From Octopus sinensis (lineage: Eukaryota): 64,000 bases of DNA. This document shows positions 1-12,720 of the stretch, one piece after another (the stretch's first letter is position 1; each line of letters starts with the position of its first letter). A program made the position numbers and the translations under genes. The stretch is from positions 56,048,001-56,112,000 of the forward strand of contig NC_043010.1 of assembly GCF_006345805.1 (NCBI RefSeq), in the 5' to 3' direction. Below the pieces are notes generated by a model, which saw only the letters and a program-made list of their open reading frames with translations, was not told the DNA's origin and did not search any database.

Positions 1-119
1 CTTGCGGGAAGTCGATGAGAATTGTATTGATTGGAGTATCGTGTTTAGTGGATAATTTGAAGTACGTAACGTGAAGACAGCTGTGTGTATCCTCGCTTCG
101 TGAAATTTGTACATCCAAC

Positions 120-1810
120 GTAAAAAAGGATACAAAAGTTAATAATCAAGAGAGAAATTTTCCAAGGAGACTCAGTATCCCCTTTAATAGTTTTCTTGTT
201 TGATCCCCTTCAGTTTAGTATTAAGGTAGGCAAAGGCAGAGTATCAGTTCATAAACAGTAAGGGAAAAATGAGCCATTTGCTCTGCATGGATGATCTAAA
301 GCTTGTTAGCAAAAATGAAAAACGACAGATTCTTTAATACAGACAATAAGACTCTTCAGCAAAGATATAGGCATAGAATTTGGAATAAATAAGTGTGGAA
401 TATTAGTCATGAAAAAGGGACAGGTAGTCAACAGCGAATGCATCCAATTACCAGATGACCAGACATTAAAATCATTAAAAGGAGAGAGTTATAAGTATCT
501 AGAAATATTAGAATCTATAACTATAGAAATGAAAAACGAAAAATTAGGAGTACATCAGAAGGGTAAGGATGTTAAGGAAATCAAAGCTAAATGGTCCGAA
601 TTTAGTGAAGGCTGTAAATACTTGAGCAGTACCTTTATTTAGATACTCAACAGCTTTTGTCGATTGGACAAAAACTGAATTAGCAAAGCTAGACAGAAGA
701 ACTAGGATGGAATTCAATATGAATGGAGGACTCCATCCAAGGGGACGAGTAGCAAGATAATACTTACCTAGAGAGGAAGAGGGAAGAGGGTTAGTATCAG
801 TAGAAGACTTTGTGAAGTTAGCTAGAGTAGATATAGAGTCCTATGTAGATAATACTGAAGAAAGTTTATTAAAAGCTGCTAGAGTCACAGAAAGCCATAG
901 GGAAACCAAAACACCAAATGAAGTTAAAAACTAGAAAAAAGAACAAAACTTACCTGATTGGCTGGAGAAGGCATTGCATGGTAGATTCCCAAAGAGAGTA
1001 GAAACAAATAGTAGTAGTGAGACATGGTTATGGTTGCAGAAAGGAAGGCTGAAAAAAGAGACAGAAAGTTTGTTAGTAGCAGGACAAGATCAAGCGTTAA
1101 GGACTAATTGAATAAAAGCAAAGATAGACAAAAACCAAGTAGATTCCCAATGTAGGTTATGTAAATCAAAAGAGGAAAGTGTTATTCATATAGTAAGTGA
1201 ATGTAGCAAGTTGGCACAGACAGAATACAAGAAAAGACATGATGACCTAGGGAGAGTAATCCACTGGGAGTTACATAGAAAGCTAGGATTTGAACATATT
1301 GATAAGTGGTATGAACATGAACCTAGTAAAGTACTAGAAAGTAAGAAGTACAGGATGTTGTGGGATTTTAACATTCAGACTGACAGAATAATAGAAGCTA
1401 GAAGGCCTGATTTAGTAGTAGTAGTAGATAAAGAGAATAGAAAGTGGCAGATAATTGACTTTACAGTCCTAAATCCATATGAGAAAACTAGCAAATACGA
1501 GGACTTAGTCATTGAATTACAGAGACTATGCAAAGTGCGGGTAAAATGTATCCCAGTAGTTATAGATGCATTAGGGACTATCCCAAAATACCTGAACAGC
1601 TGGATAGAGGAAATGGGCATAAAACCCAGTTTAGTACAGCAGCAGGAAACAGTGTTATTAGGGACAGCTAGGATACTTAGGAGGGTTCTTGGTATTTAAG
1701 GTTACTTGTTGTAGTCCGATGTTAGGATTTTTACTTTTCCAGCAGTCTAATCTGTTGTGTGTACATGAATGATAATCATAACAACAACAATAATAATAAT
1801 AATAATAATG
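120..1810 (+). mobile_element. R4/Dong-like non-LTR retrotransposon (RT + restriction-like endonuclease), 5'-truncated, decayed
   Basis: Frameshifted RT motifs IFQGDSVSP (~157-183) and HLLCMDDLKL (~274-303), CRLC..H..C zinc knuckle (~1150-1205), RHD and RPD-type REL motifs in ORF 1211-1699, short 3'UTR then (CAA)/(TAA)n tail. Confidence 0.9.
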
Positions 1811-2150
1811 TGATGGTGGTAGTAATGACGATGAAGAGCAGCAGTATGAGGAAGACGAGGACGACGACGATTGGAAAGGAAGGAAGAAGAGAAAGTAGAG
1901 AAAAGAGTGATAACAACGACAAAGCCAACAGTTGAATAATAATGCTGGCACCGTGCACGTGCAAGATAAAGAAGGTGGTTAGATATTTGATAATGTCTGC
2001 CGCCATATTTCTTCACCTTCACTGTGGCACTTAGATTATATCAGTAATTAACAATGAATTACAATGATATCACTATTGACGAAAATAATCAGGGGAGATA
2101 AGGGGTGTAATTATTTAGATACACACACACGCATATGTACACGTATGTAT

Positions 2151-2191
<41 letters not shown>

Positions 2192-2230
2192 CATACACAT
2201 ACTACTACTACTATCACTACCACTACTACT

Positions 2231-2462
2231 AAGGCGGTGAGCAGACAGAATCGTTAGCACTCCGGGAAAAATGCTTAGCGGTATTTCGTCTGCCGCTACA
2301 TTCTGAGTAAAAATTCCGCCGAGATCGACTTTGCCTTCCATCCTTTCTGGGTCGACTAAATAAGTAACAGTTACGCACTGAGTTCAATGTTACCGACTTA
2401 ATAACCCCCCCCCCCCTATTTGAAGCCTTGTGCTTCCAATAGAAAGAATTATTATTATTATT
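2231..2462 (+). mobile_element. tRNA-derived SINE with MetaSINE/MESC-like core
   Basis: GGCGGTGAG head, core TTTGCCTTCCATCCTTTCTGGGTCGACTAAATAAGTAAC, (TTA)n tail; homologous to copies at 43952-44335, 35170-35280, 25545-25765. Confidence 0.8.
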
Positions 2463-4288
2463 ATACATGCAGCACTGTGGGATATACCCTTCAGCATTTG
2501 CTGACTAAGGGTCACAACGATCTCGACACCTTCCGACAGTATCGATTCCTTCAGTGGCACCAGGTAGAATTGAATTTCCCATGGAATATCTGGGTTCTTT
2601 TGGTTCACATTGAAGTCTACTATTGTCGTCCACACAATCACCGCACCAAGGGGACCACTGAAAACCCTCCAACTACACAGCAACCATCTTGTTTTAACAC
2701 TTTCTGATGATTTATTCTTTACTGTGTTCGGCTAACATCGTTCTGTTATATCCAATAAAAAGTACTTTAGGTTTCTTCTTTTCAGTTCAAGAACCAATGC
2801 CTTGCTGCTCTTTCTATGTCCGATTATATACGTGTGTGCTTATGCCTGTGAGTTATACATGTAAATATGGTTATATACAGGTACATGTACCTACATATAC
2901 GTAACAGAAAGCCATCAACCAGGGTAACAATGCCGTTTTTCTCTACTCTCTGATGAAAACTATGAGTATCTGAAAAGTAAAACTTCACTTCTCATGACCA
3001 TCAAACTTATTGACATTCTACAATTAGTCAGACTTTGTTTCCTTGCCAACAACCCTCCTACCCACAATTCTGCAACCAACACCACCAAGGCACATTCGTC
3101 TCGATAAGCCACTAGAGGCCGCTGCATTTACTGTTCGTTTCCCGTTTACTTCTGGTCTCCTCACACATTTCAATAATTCTACAACTATTGTCTTCTCTTT
3201 CTTTCATTTATTTCTACAATAATAGCATTTACTCTGAATTAGTTCCCTGCCCACTAACCCTATCCAATGTGCACTTAACACTCCACGTTCAACATTGCTA
3301 ACTCACTTTCACCCCAAATCCTCACCTAAACACTTTGATTAAATATTCTCCGCAGTCGACAGTTGCTGAGGAGATTCTTGTGGCCTTTGTGGTTGCCAAT
3401 TTCTTTTTGTTCATACTCAGTCTCCACCAAACTATACAGCTATGACCAATTCTTCTATCGATGCTTCACTGTCTCGTCCCTGACCCCTGCGTCAGGCACT
3501 AACCTACATTCAAGGTGAATAGATACTTCGTCAGATTTAACTGGATGGACGACCTTACAAAAGACGGGGAGTGGGGGCTGGGGAACGGCTGCTAACTAAA
3601 AGTAACAAAACCTTACGATTAATGTGGGGTTAATAAGCCGTAAAGTTGGCCAGAATCTAAAGTTACTAGACTGATATTAGCAAAAGATAATTCAAAATCT
3701 ATTTTGAAATAATTTTGATATTGAGAGCGAACGACATCTCCAAACGTTCGTATGGGTAGGGGAGTAACGATACAGGGTTAAATACAAAATAGGGATCAAG
3801 AAGTGGGATAGAAGAATTGAATGTGAAAGTAATTAACAGGTCTAAAATTTAAACTATAACAATACTCTTGACCTTCAAGATAAACATACACACATACATA
3901 CACAATCAGAAAGAATTGACGTTAATTAATTAAACTGACAAATTTTAATTTGAAAGTCATCAACGCAAGAAAGAACAAGTGAAAAGAAATGAAGAGAAGT
4001 TGATTTTCAATTTGCAGTGGTCATATATCTGTGGCCGAGAGACAGATGTACGATGAACCGTTTGGTCACTTCATAAAAGACAGCACAATTAGGAAATAGA
4101 CAAATGACGAATACAACAGGGTTTTGATGTTTTTAAATACATAAAATGGCAATTCCAGGTCTAAATTCTTATAGTTATAATATAGAGCCTTACATTAACT
4201 CACCTGTGTGAATATATATTTGTAGCTATATTGTGTGAATGTGTACATTACATATATGTGTATGTGTGTGTGTGTGTATTGCATGCAT

Positions 4289-5600
4289 GTCATTATTCAG
4301 TTTTTTTTGCAAGATTTCTTGCCAGTAGAGAAAGAGCTGGTTTCTAACCTAGATCCAATGCTACTTCATTGGAATTTCAACATAAAAAGATTTTTGTATG
4401 TATGCATGTATGTATGTATACGCGCAGATTTGTATGTTTGTTTTATGTATGTCTTCTCATGCATATACTTGCATATCTAGATATACTCATATATACTTAA
4501 ATGATAAACTTCTGGAAAGCTTTTCAAATTTTTACAGTTCCAGTGATGGATTGGATCTGTAGTCTTCGAACCAGCTTTCTCCGTTCTGATTTTGAGATGC
4601 CTAGTTTCTCAAGATTAGTATTTAGGCAGTGTGTCACATATTCCAGTGTTCCAATAATTACAGGCAAAACTGAAATTGTATTCTGGATAGAGTAACTGCA
4701 GATTTCTCAATATTTCAGCATAGGTGTTCTCTTTTTCACTGATCTTCAGCTTTATGTTAACATTCGCTGGGCATCTAATTTCCACAAATCATTATATCAG
4801 GTCTGTTGTGCTTACATTTTATTGAGGTATTCACTGGGACATTCCACCAGTACTCCTTTTTTAAAGGTGGCTATGGCTTTACCATACTGTGAGGTCTTAT
4901 TTCTTTGTCTTTGGGGTTATCCTTTTGATGGATTTCATTACAGAGTGTCCTGGCTACAACATCATGTCTCATCGATAGATAATACTGAGATGACATTTTC
5001 AGACAACTGCTTATGATGTGGCTGATATCTTCGATATTAACTCCACAGAGTCTGCATCGGTTGTCATATTTTGCTGCTTATTCCTGCATCTCTATCGCTT
5101 TTCAGGTATTTGGTTGATATTTCCTGTTCCTGGATTGCAAACGCATCCCCTTCAAAGTGGGAGGTATTCATCCTGACCATGATAGACTGTTTTGATGATC
5201 AGTGTTACTGTCATCTCGGAGTTTTCTACCAATATATCCATGCATAGTCTTCTGCTCATATAGGCTCATCCTTTCCTCTTATGATACACTGCGGTAGAGT
5301 TGTGCGACTTCTTTGGGCATAGATTCTAGATTATCAGACAAAGAATGTTGGTCAAGGAGCTGCCTTCCAAGTCTTGTGTGTAAACTTTGTCAAGGGATGC
5401 ACTTCGACACTTGCTGGTTAAAAGATGTTACCGAAGGGATATGATACGACAAAGGCCTTCTGGATCGATGTTAAACCTCTTCCACCTTGATTCGTTTTAG
5501 GCAGAGGCCGTCTAGGTCACTGTTAATGTGGAAGTTATGTGTGTTCGTTAGTATCTTCCGGGTTTTCACATCAAGCGTCCACTCAAGCAGCCCAAATGTT
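4289..5600 (-). mobile_element. R4/Dong-like REL LINE 3' fragment (family C)
   Basis: Minus-strand remnants RHDVVARTL, KHNRPD and EKENTYAEILRNLQLLYP; clearly homologous to 49225-50430; 3'UTR holds a short TATG tract. Confidence 0.85.
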
Positions 5601-5699
5601 GGTTTTATGTACGTATCTATGTATGTCATTATTCAGTTTATTTCAAGATTTCTTGCCAATAGAGTAAGAAACCGTTTCTAACCTAGATGCATGCATGCA

Positions 5700-5796
5700 T
5701 GTATGTATGTATGTATGTATGTATGTATGTATGTATGTATGTATGTATGTATGTATGTATGTATGTATGTATGTATGTATGTATGTATGTATGTAT
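5700..5796. repeat. (TATG)n microsatellite following a second LINE family C 3'UTR fragment (5625-5688)
   Basis: Direct tetranucleotide repeat; 5625-5688 matches 4289-4355. Confidence 0.9.
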
Positions 5797-8030
5797 GTGT
5801 GTGTGTGTCTGTGTAGTTTATATTGTGTATAGAGTTTATAGTTTATACACACACACAGAGGATTTGTGATGATATTTAATATTATCAATATTATTTTTCT
5901 ATTTCCAGTGTGATAATCACGTGATCAAAGTAGAAGCAGATCTGTTATCAAAGACGTAGGGAGTCCTCATGGATACAAGGCGCGTAAGGAGCTCTCTCTC
6001 TCAGTGGGGAGGGGTGTATAGTAAGGAGGGAGTCACTCATACCTTGATCAGGATTCCTCTTAAGATAGTTTGGGAGTGGTGTGTGTGTGTGTGTGTGTGT
6101 GTGTAAAGGACCCTTAATAATAGCATCATTGTGTAAAGGGCCCTTTAAATAAAAACCAGTGAAATGTCTCCTTTTATTAAACAAACATTTTCCAGTCAAT
6201 AAAAGAAGATGAATAAGATCCAGTCGGTGACCTTTCAGAGGTCACTTATATGTTGACCTTTCAAATGTCACTAATATTTTGATCTTTCAGTAGATATGAT
6301 CGGTTGCCATGGATACAAGAACACTTGATATATACAAGTGAAATCTGTTCCCTATTTGTTGCATTCCGTCGTCGTGTGACCCCTAACCTTTAATCAGATC
6401 AACAGCGGTACACAAAAACCATCGACTACACGAACCGATACCGAACTTGTCGGCTGTTTCATTACAACCTGTAACATTTCATCATTCACAGGTGTTTTAT
6501 CTTTAGATACGACTGAGATGGCCGCGGTTAGCATGCTCAGTTCGTAAACACTTGATCGCAAGTTCGATCTCACATCGCAGCTATTTTGGGTGCGTGCCTT
6601 TTACAATAACCTTACAATAACTGTGTTGAAGCTCGTCAGTGGTTATTTTCCAGTTGTTGGATGCTAAATTTAATGCATCGCCCAATTTAATGCCCCTATC
6701 CAATCGCTGACTGTCTTCAGTGGTGGTCATTATGTTGCAAGTAACTCAAAACCGGTATTCATTTCACTTAAAAGAAATCACAATTTTCCTCTGCTTAACT
6801 TCAAAGAAAGTTCCAAAGAAATCTTGTCAAAAGTTTTACGAAAACAAAATTTTAATAATTATCTGGATTAATTATTATTCGAAGAATTATGATTTTTCGG
6901 ATTAACTTCAATTTTACGAACGAAACATTGTTTACGTCGAAAACCGCGTTTCCAAAGCTGTGGTCTTCAGTCATCATCAGATATTTCCTTATTCCCGGAA
7001 GATGAACGAAATACTGAACAAGATTCAAACTAAGGACATTCAGTTCTACACGAATGGCTGTGATACATTTATCTGGAGCGTCTCTGATTCGTCTACACAT
7101 GGCGCACGACCAGTGGGCACAGAGGAGAAAAGTATTGACAACTTTGCTGTAGAAAAAGGCTTTGCTTCTAATCCCCCCGAAAAGATACCAGTTGATACTG
7201 GAGATCAAAACAGAAATAAATATACAATCCAATCTATTTCTTGATTAGAGTCATTTGTTTATTTTTTTCATCTCAAAATCTCTTTTCATTTCATTTTCAA
7301 GTGTCTGTCTGTATTGGTTTGACCTAAATACCACAGGAGAGAGATAGAGAGACTCTCCCAATAAACCACTTTGTCCTCAACGTCTCTGAGATTTCTCTCG
7401 AAAGGATTTGCACGACATACAAACTATTTCAAACATAATTCCAAAAAAAGACTTTCCGAAAATTATTCTAACAGCTCATCTCTGTAAATTTATTTTAAAT
7501 TCTATTTTTAATGTTGATTTCGGTTCATCGAACATTTTTGTAAAGCAATTTGTAAAGCCGATGATACGTGTATGTTTGTGTTCTTGTCATTTTGGTTATT
7601 TCCGGACATTACCGGTTTCTGTGTTATTTATACAAAAAGCAACATACAATAGCGATTCTCTTTGCAGTCCCCATGACCGAGATGTCATGTGACCATATAC
7701 ATTACTGATCAGGAACCCAATATGTTCAGAGAAAGAGGGTGCAAGCACGCACGCACACGCACACACACACACACACACACACGCACGCAAATGCTTTCCG
7801 AAGTAAACATACACACTTCCTTTCAATGTTCTGGAGAAAGCTATAAGATGCCGCACAAACACTCCACTACTTTACACCGGCAGAAAGAGCAGGAAATCTA
7901 TGGAAAGGATTACGGAATTCCTGTTCCATTGCCATTAATAAATTCCTATAACACTCTGGCCTTGTCTAATGCTTATTGATATCACTATGCACGAGAGAAA
8001 TCATTGTGTGTGTGTGTGTATATATATATA

Positions 8031-8874
8031 CTAGCAGAATTGCCCGGCGTTGCTCGGGGCTGAATTGCTTGAAAGTACTGTTAATGATTGCACTGAATTA
8101 TGATGATTATTCAGGCAAATATTGAAATAAGCTTACGGTGGGAGATAAGGACTTAACGCCAAACGTGTGCCATTGCATTGTTTTGGGGGAACCAAATTTC
8201 TGATGAGCATTATAGGGGCACTAACTTTAAGTTTGAGAAAGTGTGGTGGTAGTCCGGGGTGCTCAAAGGAATTGAGTACCTCTATTGGATAGTTGATGAC
8301 GTCCTCTGGGTCAGGAGTTGTATCGATAGACTGATATACATCGACTTCCCCAGGAATGAGTTTTAGCATTTCATCATTAATATGGTGAACAGTTTTATTC
8401 CTCGGGGCCAGTATAGCCTTTTTGCCAATCCAATCCATATTCTGATAATTAGCTTGTAAATCTGGGAACACTGCATCTCTGAGATCAGAAGGCGTCTTAA
8501 CAATGGTACAAATGGAATCGATGGCAATATTACCATTTTCATCCCCTGGTATTTTGCCTTCGCCAAGTGCAAGGAGGGTGTGAGGAAATGCTGCTGATGT
8601 GATATTACGTCGCATATGAGCACGCATATTGGTGTGAAGTTTGAGAGTTACTTCCGTTTATTTTTAAAAATATGCATTAAAATGGAAAAAAATGATGGTA
8701 AATTATTTGTAAAATCATAGACACATCGTAGACGCGCGCTAATACCCAGAAGGGCTCGATATGAATCACGACTATAAGATACCCGGTTTTGGTTAAACTG
8801 CATCGCAAAATGTGGGAGTAGTTAGGAATCTAAATCGGAGTAGACAGACACACAACCTTTCTTTTATATATAGA
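8031..8874 (-). mobile_element. Non-autonomous Helitron carrying a PIF1-like helicase fragment
   Basis: Minus strand starts TC, ends with CCCGAGCAACGCCGGG hairpin then CTAG, inserted between A and T; ORF 8133-8627 has PIF1 motifs AILAPRNKTV, LPPHFLKLKVSAPIMLIRNL and CNGTRL. Confidence 0.92.
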
Positions 8875-8934
8875 TACATACATACACACACACACACAAA
8901 CACACACACATACATGCATACATACATATACACA

Positions 8935-9515
8935 TAAACCGAGTAAAAAATTTCAGTTATCTCTCTCTTTCACACATTACTCTCTCTGTCTCTTCACACA
9001 CACTAACAGAAGCACTTCACTTACACAACATACTGTCTGTCTCCCACACTCCATCAAACACACACACACATGTACATCAATGAGTCCCATGCACGGTAAC
9101 TTCAAAGGAACTTCCCTCGTCATACAATCGCTTTCTCTTAGTCTCTTTCGCTCTCATTACTTATGTAAAACAATAAAAGTTTTTTCTATGTGTGTAAAAG
9201 GAAGTGGGAGGCAGAGTGAAAGAATCACTCACTACAGTAAGTGAATTACTTTCATTTTATTCCTTGCCCACTGTGTGTGTGCGTTTGCGTGTGGTGTAAA
9301 CCAGACTAAGAAAAGCATTTGACACACACACCAGAATGTGAGTTTTCTGTAAATTTTGCTTAACTGGAGTTTAATTTTAAAAACTGGACTTGACTTGGCA
9401 TGACGCGATGCATTGTACTCTTAAAATGCAAGTAAATTGTAATTGAAGAAATCCTATATTGTAGATTTGTATAACTCCCAAAGGGAGGCAGATAAAATCT
9501 GCCTTTTATAATAAG

Positions 9516-9516
<1 letters not shown>
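8935..9516 (-). mobile_element. Probable second Helitron-like non-autonomous element (5' end only)
   Basis: Minus strand begins A|TCTTATTATAAAAGGCAG, resembling the 5' end of the adjacent Helitron; no CTAG 3' end found. Confidence 0.4.
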
Positions 9517-9549
<33 letters not shown>

Positions 9550-9620
9550 TATAATGTACCGCTAAATCCTTTGCATCCTGTTTTTCTTTTGATAAATATA
9601 TATATATATATATATACATA

Positions 9621-10475
9621 CAGGGTGCAACGGGTAAATTGTCACTATTTTATATTTTTTTAATTTCGCGCATGCGCATACTTTGTTTTTGATTTTGTCG
9701 ACTACACAATGTAGTAGGGTCAGTTGGGCACCGTCGGTAAGAAAAAACAGCACCATGACGCAATTCACTCTGCCAGAAATTTGGAGGCGACATGCTGTAC
9801 TGCTTGGCACTCGCACCGGAAGCTCCAATACGAGCATTTCAGAGTGATGTACCGAGAGTGATAAAAATCAAGTACGCACTCAACATGATGGTGTTTGGAG
9901 TGATCATTAGTGATGGCGACGTTATGCCTCCATTCATCTTCCCACATGGCCACAGACTCAACATGGAAGCCTACATCATGTGCCTGGAGGAGGTAGTGCT
10001 GCCCTGGGTCAAAAGAGTGGCTGCTGGAAGACCCTATGTCTGGCAACAAGACTCTGCACCATGCCATACAAGCAGGAGAACCCAGTCGTGGCTGTCAGAC
10101 AATTTCTGCGACCACATCACCCCTAACATCTGGCCACCTAACTCCTCAGACTGCTACTGCCTTGATTATTATGTGTGGGGTGTAGTTGAGTGAGAGACCA
10201 ACAAAACTCCTTGTAACACCAAAGATGAACCGAAGACAAGAATTATGGAAGCATTTACCAACTTAAACAAAGAGGCCTTCCAGAAGAGTTGCAGCAGATT
10301 CCAAAGTAATCTGGAAGCCGTGGTTGAAGCCAATGGCGATTTTATTGAATAAATTTACTCTTTAGTATTTCAAGATATTTTTATGTAATTTTGGTAAATA
10401 TATCTGTTAAAATGAGATGTCAGTGGTATTTTCATTTTTGCGTAATTTAGACGACAATTCATTCACCGCACCCTG
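9621..10475 (+). mobile_element. Internally deleted Tc1/mariner element of the maT (DD37D) family
   Basis: TIR CAGGGTGC...GCACCCTG flanked by TA; transposase remnant MVFGVI..YVWQQDSAPCH..WPPNSSDCYCLDYYVWG with 37 residues between the last two catalytic Asp. Confidence 0.9.
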
Positions 10476-10749
10476 TACACACACACACACACACACACAC
10501 ATATATTGTTACGACCTGGTGGCCATAACCCGAATTTACACAACCAGCAAGGATGGGGTGAACCCAAAACAACAACACACCATGAAGTTTTTTTGTAAAA
10601 TATTAACAATTAAGTATCAGCTTAAAGAAACAGCCTACATGCAAAAATACATACGAACAAAACTATATTAATGCTACACTAGATGTGCAGTATATCTTTA
10701 TATATAAAAGTAAAGTATATATAGTTCAGAAAATCGAACTTAAAATCCC

Positions 10750-10930
10750 GGCTTCACCAAATTGATTTCACAAACTTGGATTCGTGAGTCTGGATTCACA
10801 AATTTTGGTTACACCAAAATCGGTCTCTCAAAACCTAGCCTCATAAATGTGGCCTTCAAAATATATGGATTCCGAAAATTTGTATTTCATAAAATCTGGC
10901 TTCGCAAATTCGGTTTTCGAACCTTGGATC
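10750..10930. repeat. Degenerate ~15-bp tandem array inside the LTR
   Basis: About 12 units of the form GG(A/C)TTCAC(A)AAAT(T/C)T. Confidence 0.6.
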
Positions 10931-11578
10931 TAAACATAAATAAATCTAATGTCAAATCAACCATTTAAACTAAAAAGTTCATGACACAGCATGGCTGCCA
11001 GACTACCTCAGAAATTAGAGTTCAAAATTTAAATAGTCAAACAAAGAATCTAGTTTGCTTTAAATTCACACAAAACTGCTTCATACAAGCATGCTGAGTA
11101 ACCCTTAGACAAAATTTACAGTTAGTCGTCTAACACAAAAATTTGGCTACAGGAAAAACTAATTCATTCACCCTTCAGCTATTTATACAAATTTTATCTT
11201 AACAGAAAATCGCAAAATCCCTACACAACCTGCCACAAACAGGATTCAAAGTTCACATAGAATAACATAGATATTAGAGTAACATAACTTAAGAGATTTT
11301 TGGACTCACCCAGATGAATACAAAAACTGACAAGCAAAAAGTTCTGGCGAATTCTTGGAGCATAAAATAAGTCCATAAATGCCTAACACAAAGTACAGAA
11401 ACCGAGTGTGCAATTATCTCACCTTATAAAGGTTAGCTAAGGCCTAGCCAATTTGTTAGAGTTACACAGTTTGGCTATTGACACCTGGCTTCCCCCAGTG
11501 TGACAATGGACTTCATCCTGACCTTACAGTGCAGCATGAAAAGCTGTTTACCTGTTTAACTTAGCGTTATACAATAAA

Positions 11579-12625
11579 TTGTGGCAGTTCCTATCGTTCA
11601 CGTGTTTTTTTTTTTTTTTTGAGCTCGTGAAGACGTTATGTTGTTGTGAAAACGGCGTTACACGTTCAGTTCTGTTGGGAATTCTGAAAAGTCGGTTTTA
11701 GTTGTAAGTTTTAGTAGTTTTTATTGATTTTCACTGGTGAATTTCGTCTGTCTGTTTGAGACAGAAGAAGGAAAATGAGTTTTCCCTCGTTAAGAGGAGG
11801 AATGGAGGAGACAAAAAGAAAAATGGTCACGAGTGAGTTGGACTTACAAAAGTTTATCAGAAACCATTACGACTAATGACATAACAATGAGAGTATGGGT
11901 GGAGGGCAGAGCCCCTCGATGTTATAAATGCGGCTTGAAAGGCCACATAAGAGCAAACTGCACTACAGCAGTGAGGGAAATAATGAAAGAAACAGCGGAA
12001 GAAACAGAAACACCCCAGGAGGAACAGAAAGAAGAAGAGAGACAAGTGAAGGAAGATGGAAAAGAAAAAAGGCAACTGACTGTGAACCTCAACCCACTCC
12101 AGCACCACCCTCACCCTGTCCCCGCAGACACCAAACCCACCCACTCCCCACCAACAAGAAAGCATGCACACAAATGATAATACAAAACTGCCGTCTCGAA
12201 GACTATTGTATCGGGATAATAGAGAGTGAGCATTTACATGAAATGTTAAAGGACCGGGAGAAGGTAGAAATGGCAGACGGACGGGATGAAGAAATGGAAG
12301 TGGTTATTGTCGGAAGAGAAAAGGGAAAGAACTTAAACATGAACTTGAAGATGTATACTGGTTAATTAGGGGAGGATTACTACAGAAAAAGAGAGATGAA
12401 CTCCGGAAAATATACGGGTTAAATTTTGGGGATTTGGGGGATTTTGCAGTGAAATAGGAAAAAGGACAAGTAAGTGATGTTGACTGATAGGGCAGTTAAC
12501 ATCACTTTCACCTCTCATTTATCACCCTTTTCCCCATCCTATCATACGACTATTTTTGATGTTTTGTGTCCCCAATGTGTTGTAATGTCCCCTCTGTATA
12601 AAACCGTATGGTGAATAAAGAAATA
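11579..12625 (+). mobile_element. ORF1-only non-autonomous LINE-like retroposon with CCHC zinc knuckle
   Basis: Flanked by 21-bp direct repeat AACTTAGC(G/A)TTATACAATAAA (11558-11578, 12626-12646); encodes CYKCGLKGHIRANC; ends GGTGAATAAAGAAAT; no RT or EN. Confidence 0.8.
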
Positions 12626-12673
12626 AACTTAGCATTATACAATAAAACGTTTTTATCGTTTTTATAATTTCAT

Positions 12674-12720
<47 letters not shown>

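Larger units (their letters stand above)
10507..12677. mobile_element. Probable solo LTR, interrupted by a retroposon insertion
   Basis: Termini TGTTACG...CATAACA (imperfect inverted TG..CA) flanked by ATAT on both sides; the flanks are AT microsatellite so the TSD is weak evidence. Confidence 0.6.

Noticed and set aside
6448-6490. Minus-strand hammerhead-like ATGATGA..TTACA/TGTAA..GAAACAGCCGAC
   Set aside because: Two core mismatches, helix II offset from the core and no helix I
6935-6980. Minus-strand CTGAAGA..GGAAACGCG hammerhead candidate
   Set aside because: Helix II pairing consumes the G of GAAA, and there is no valid helix I or NUH site
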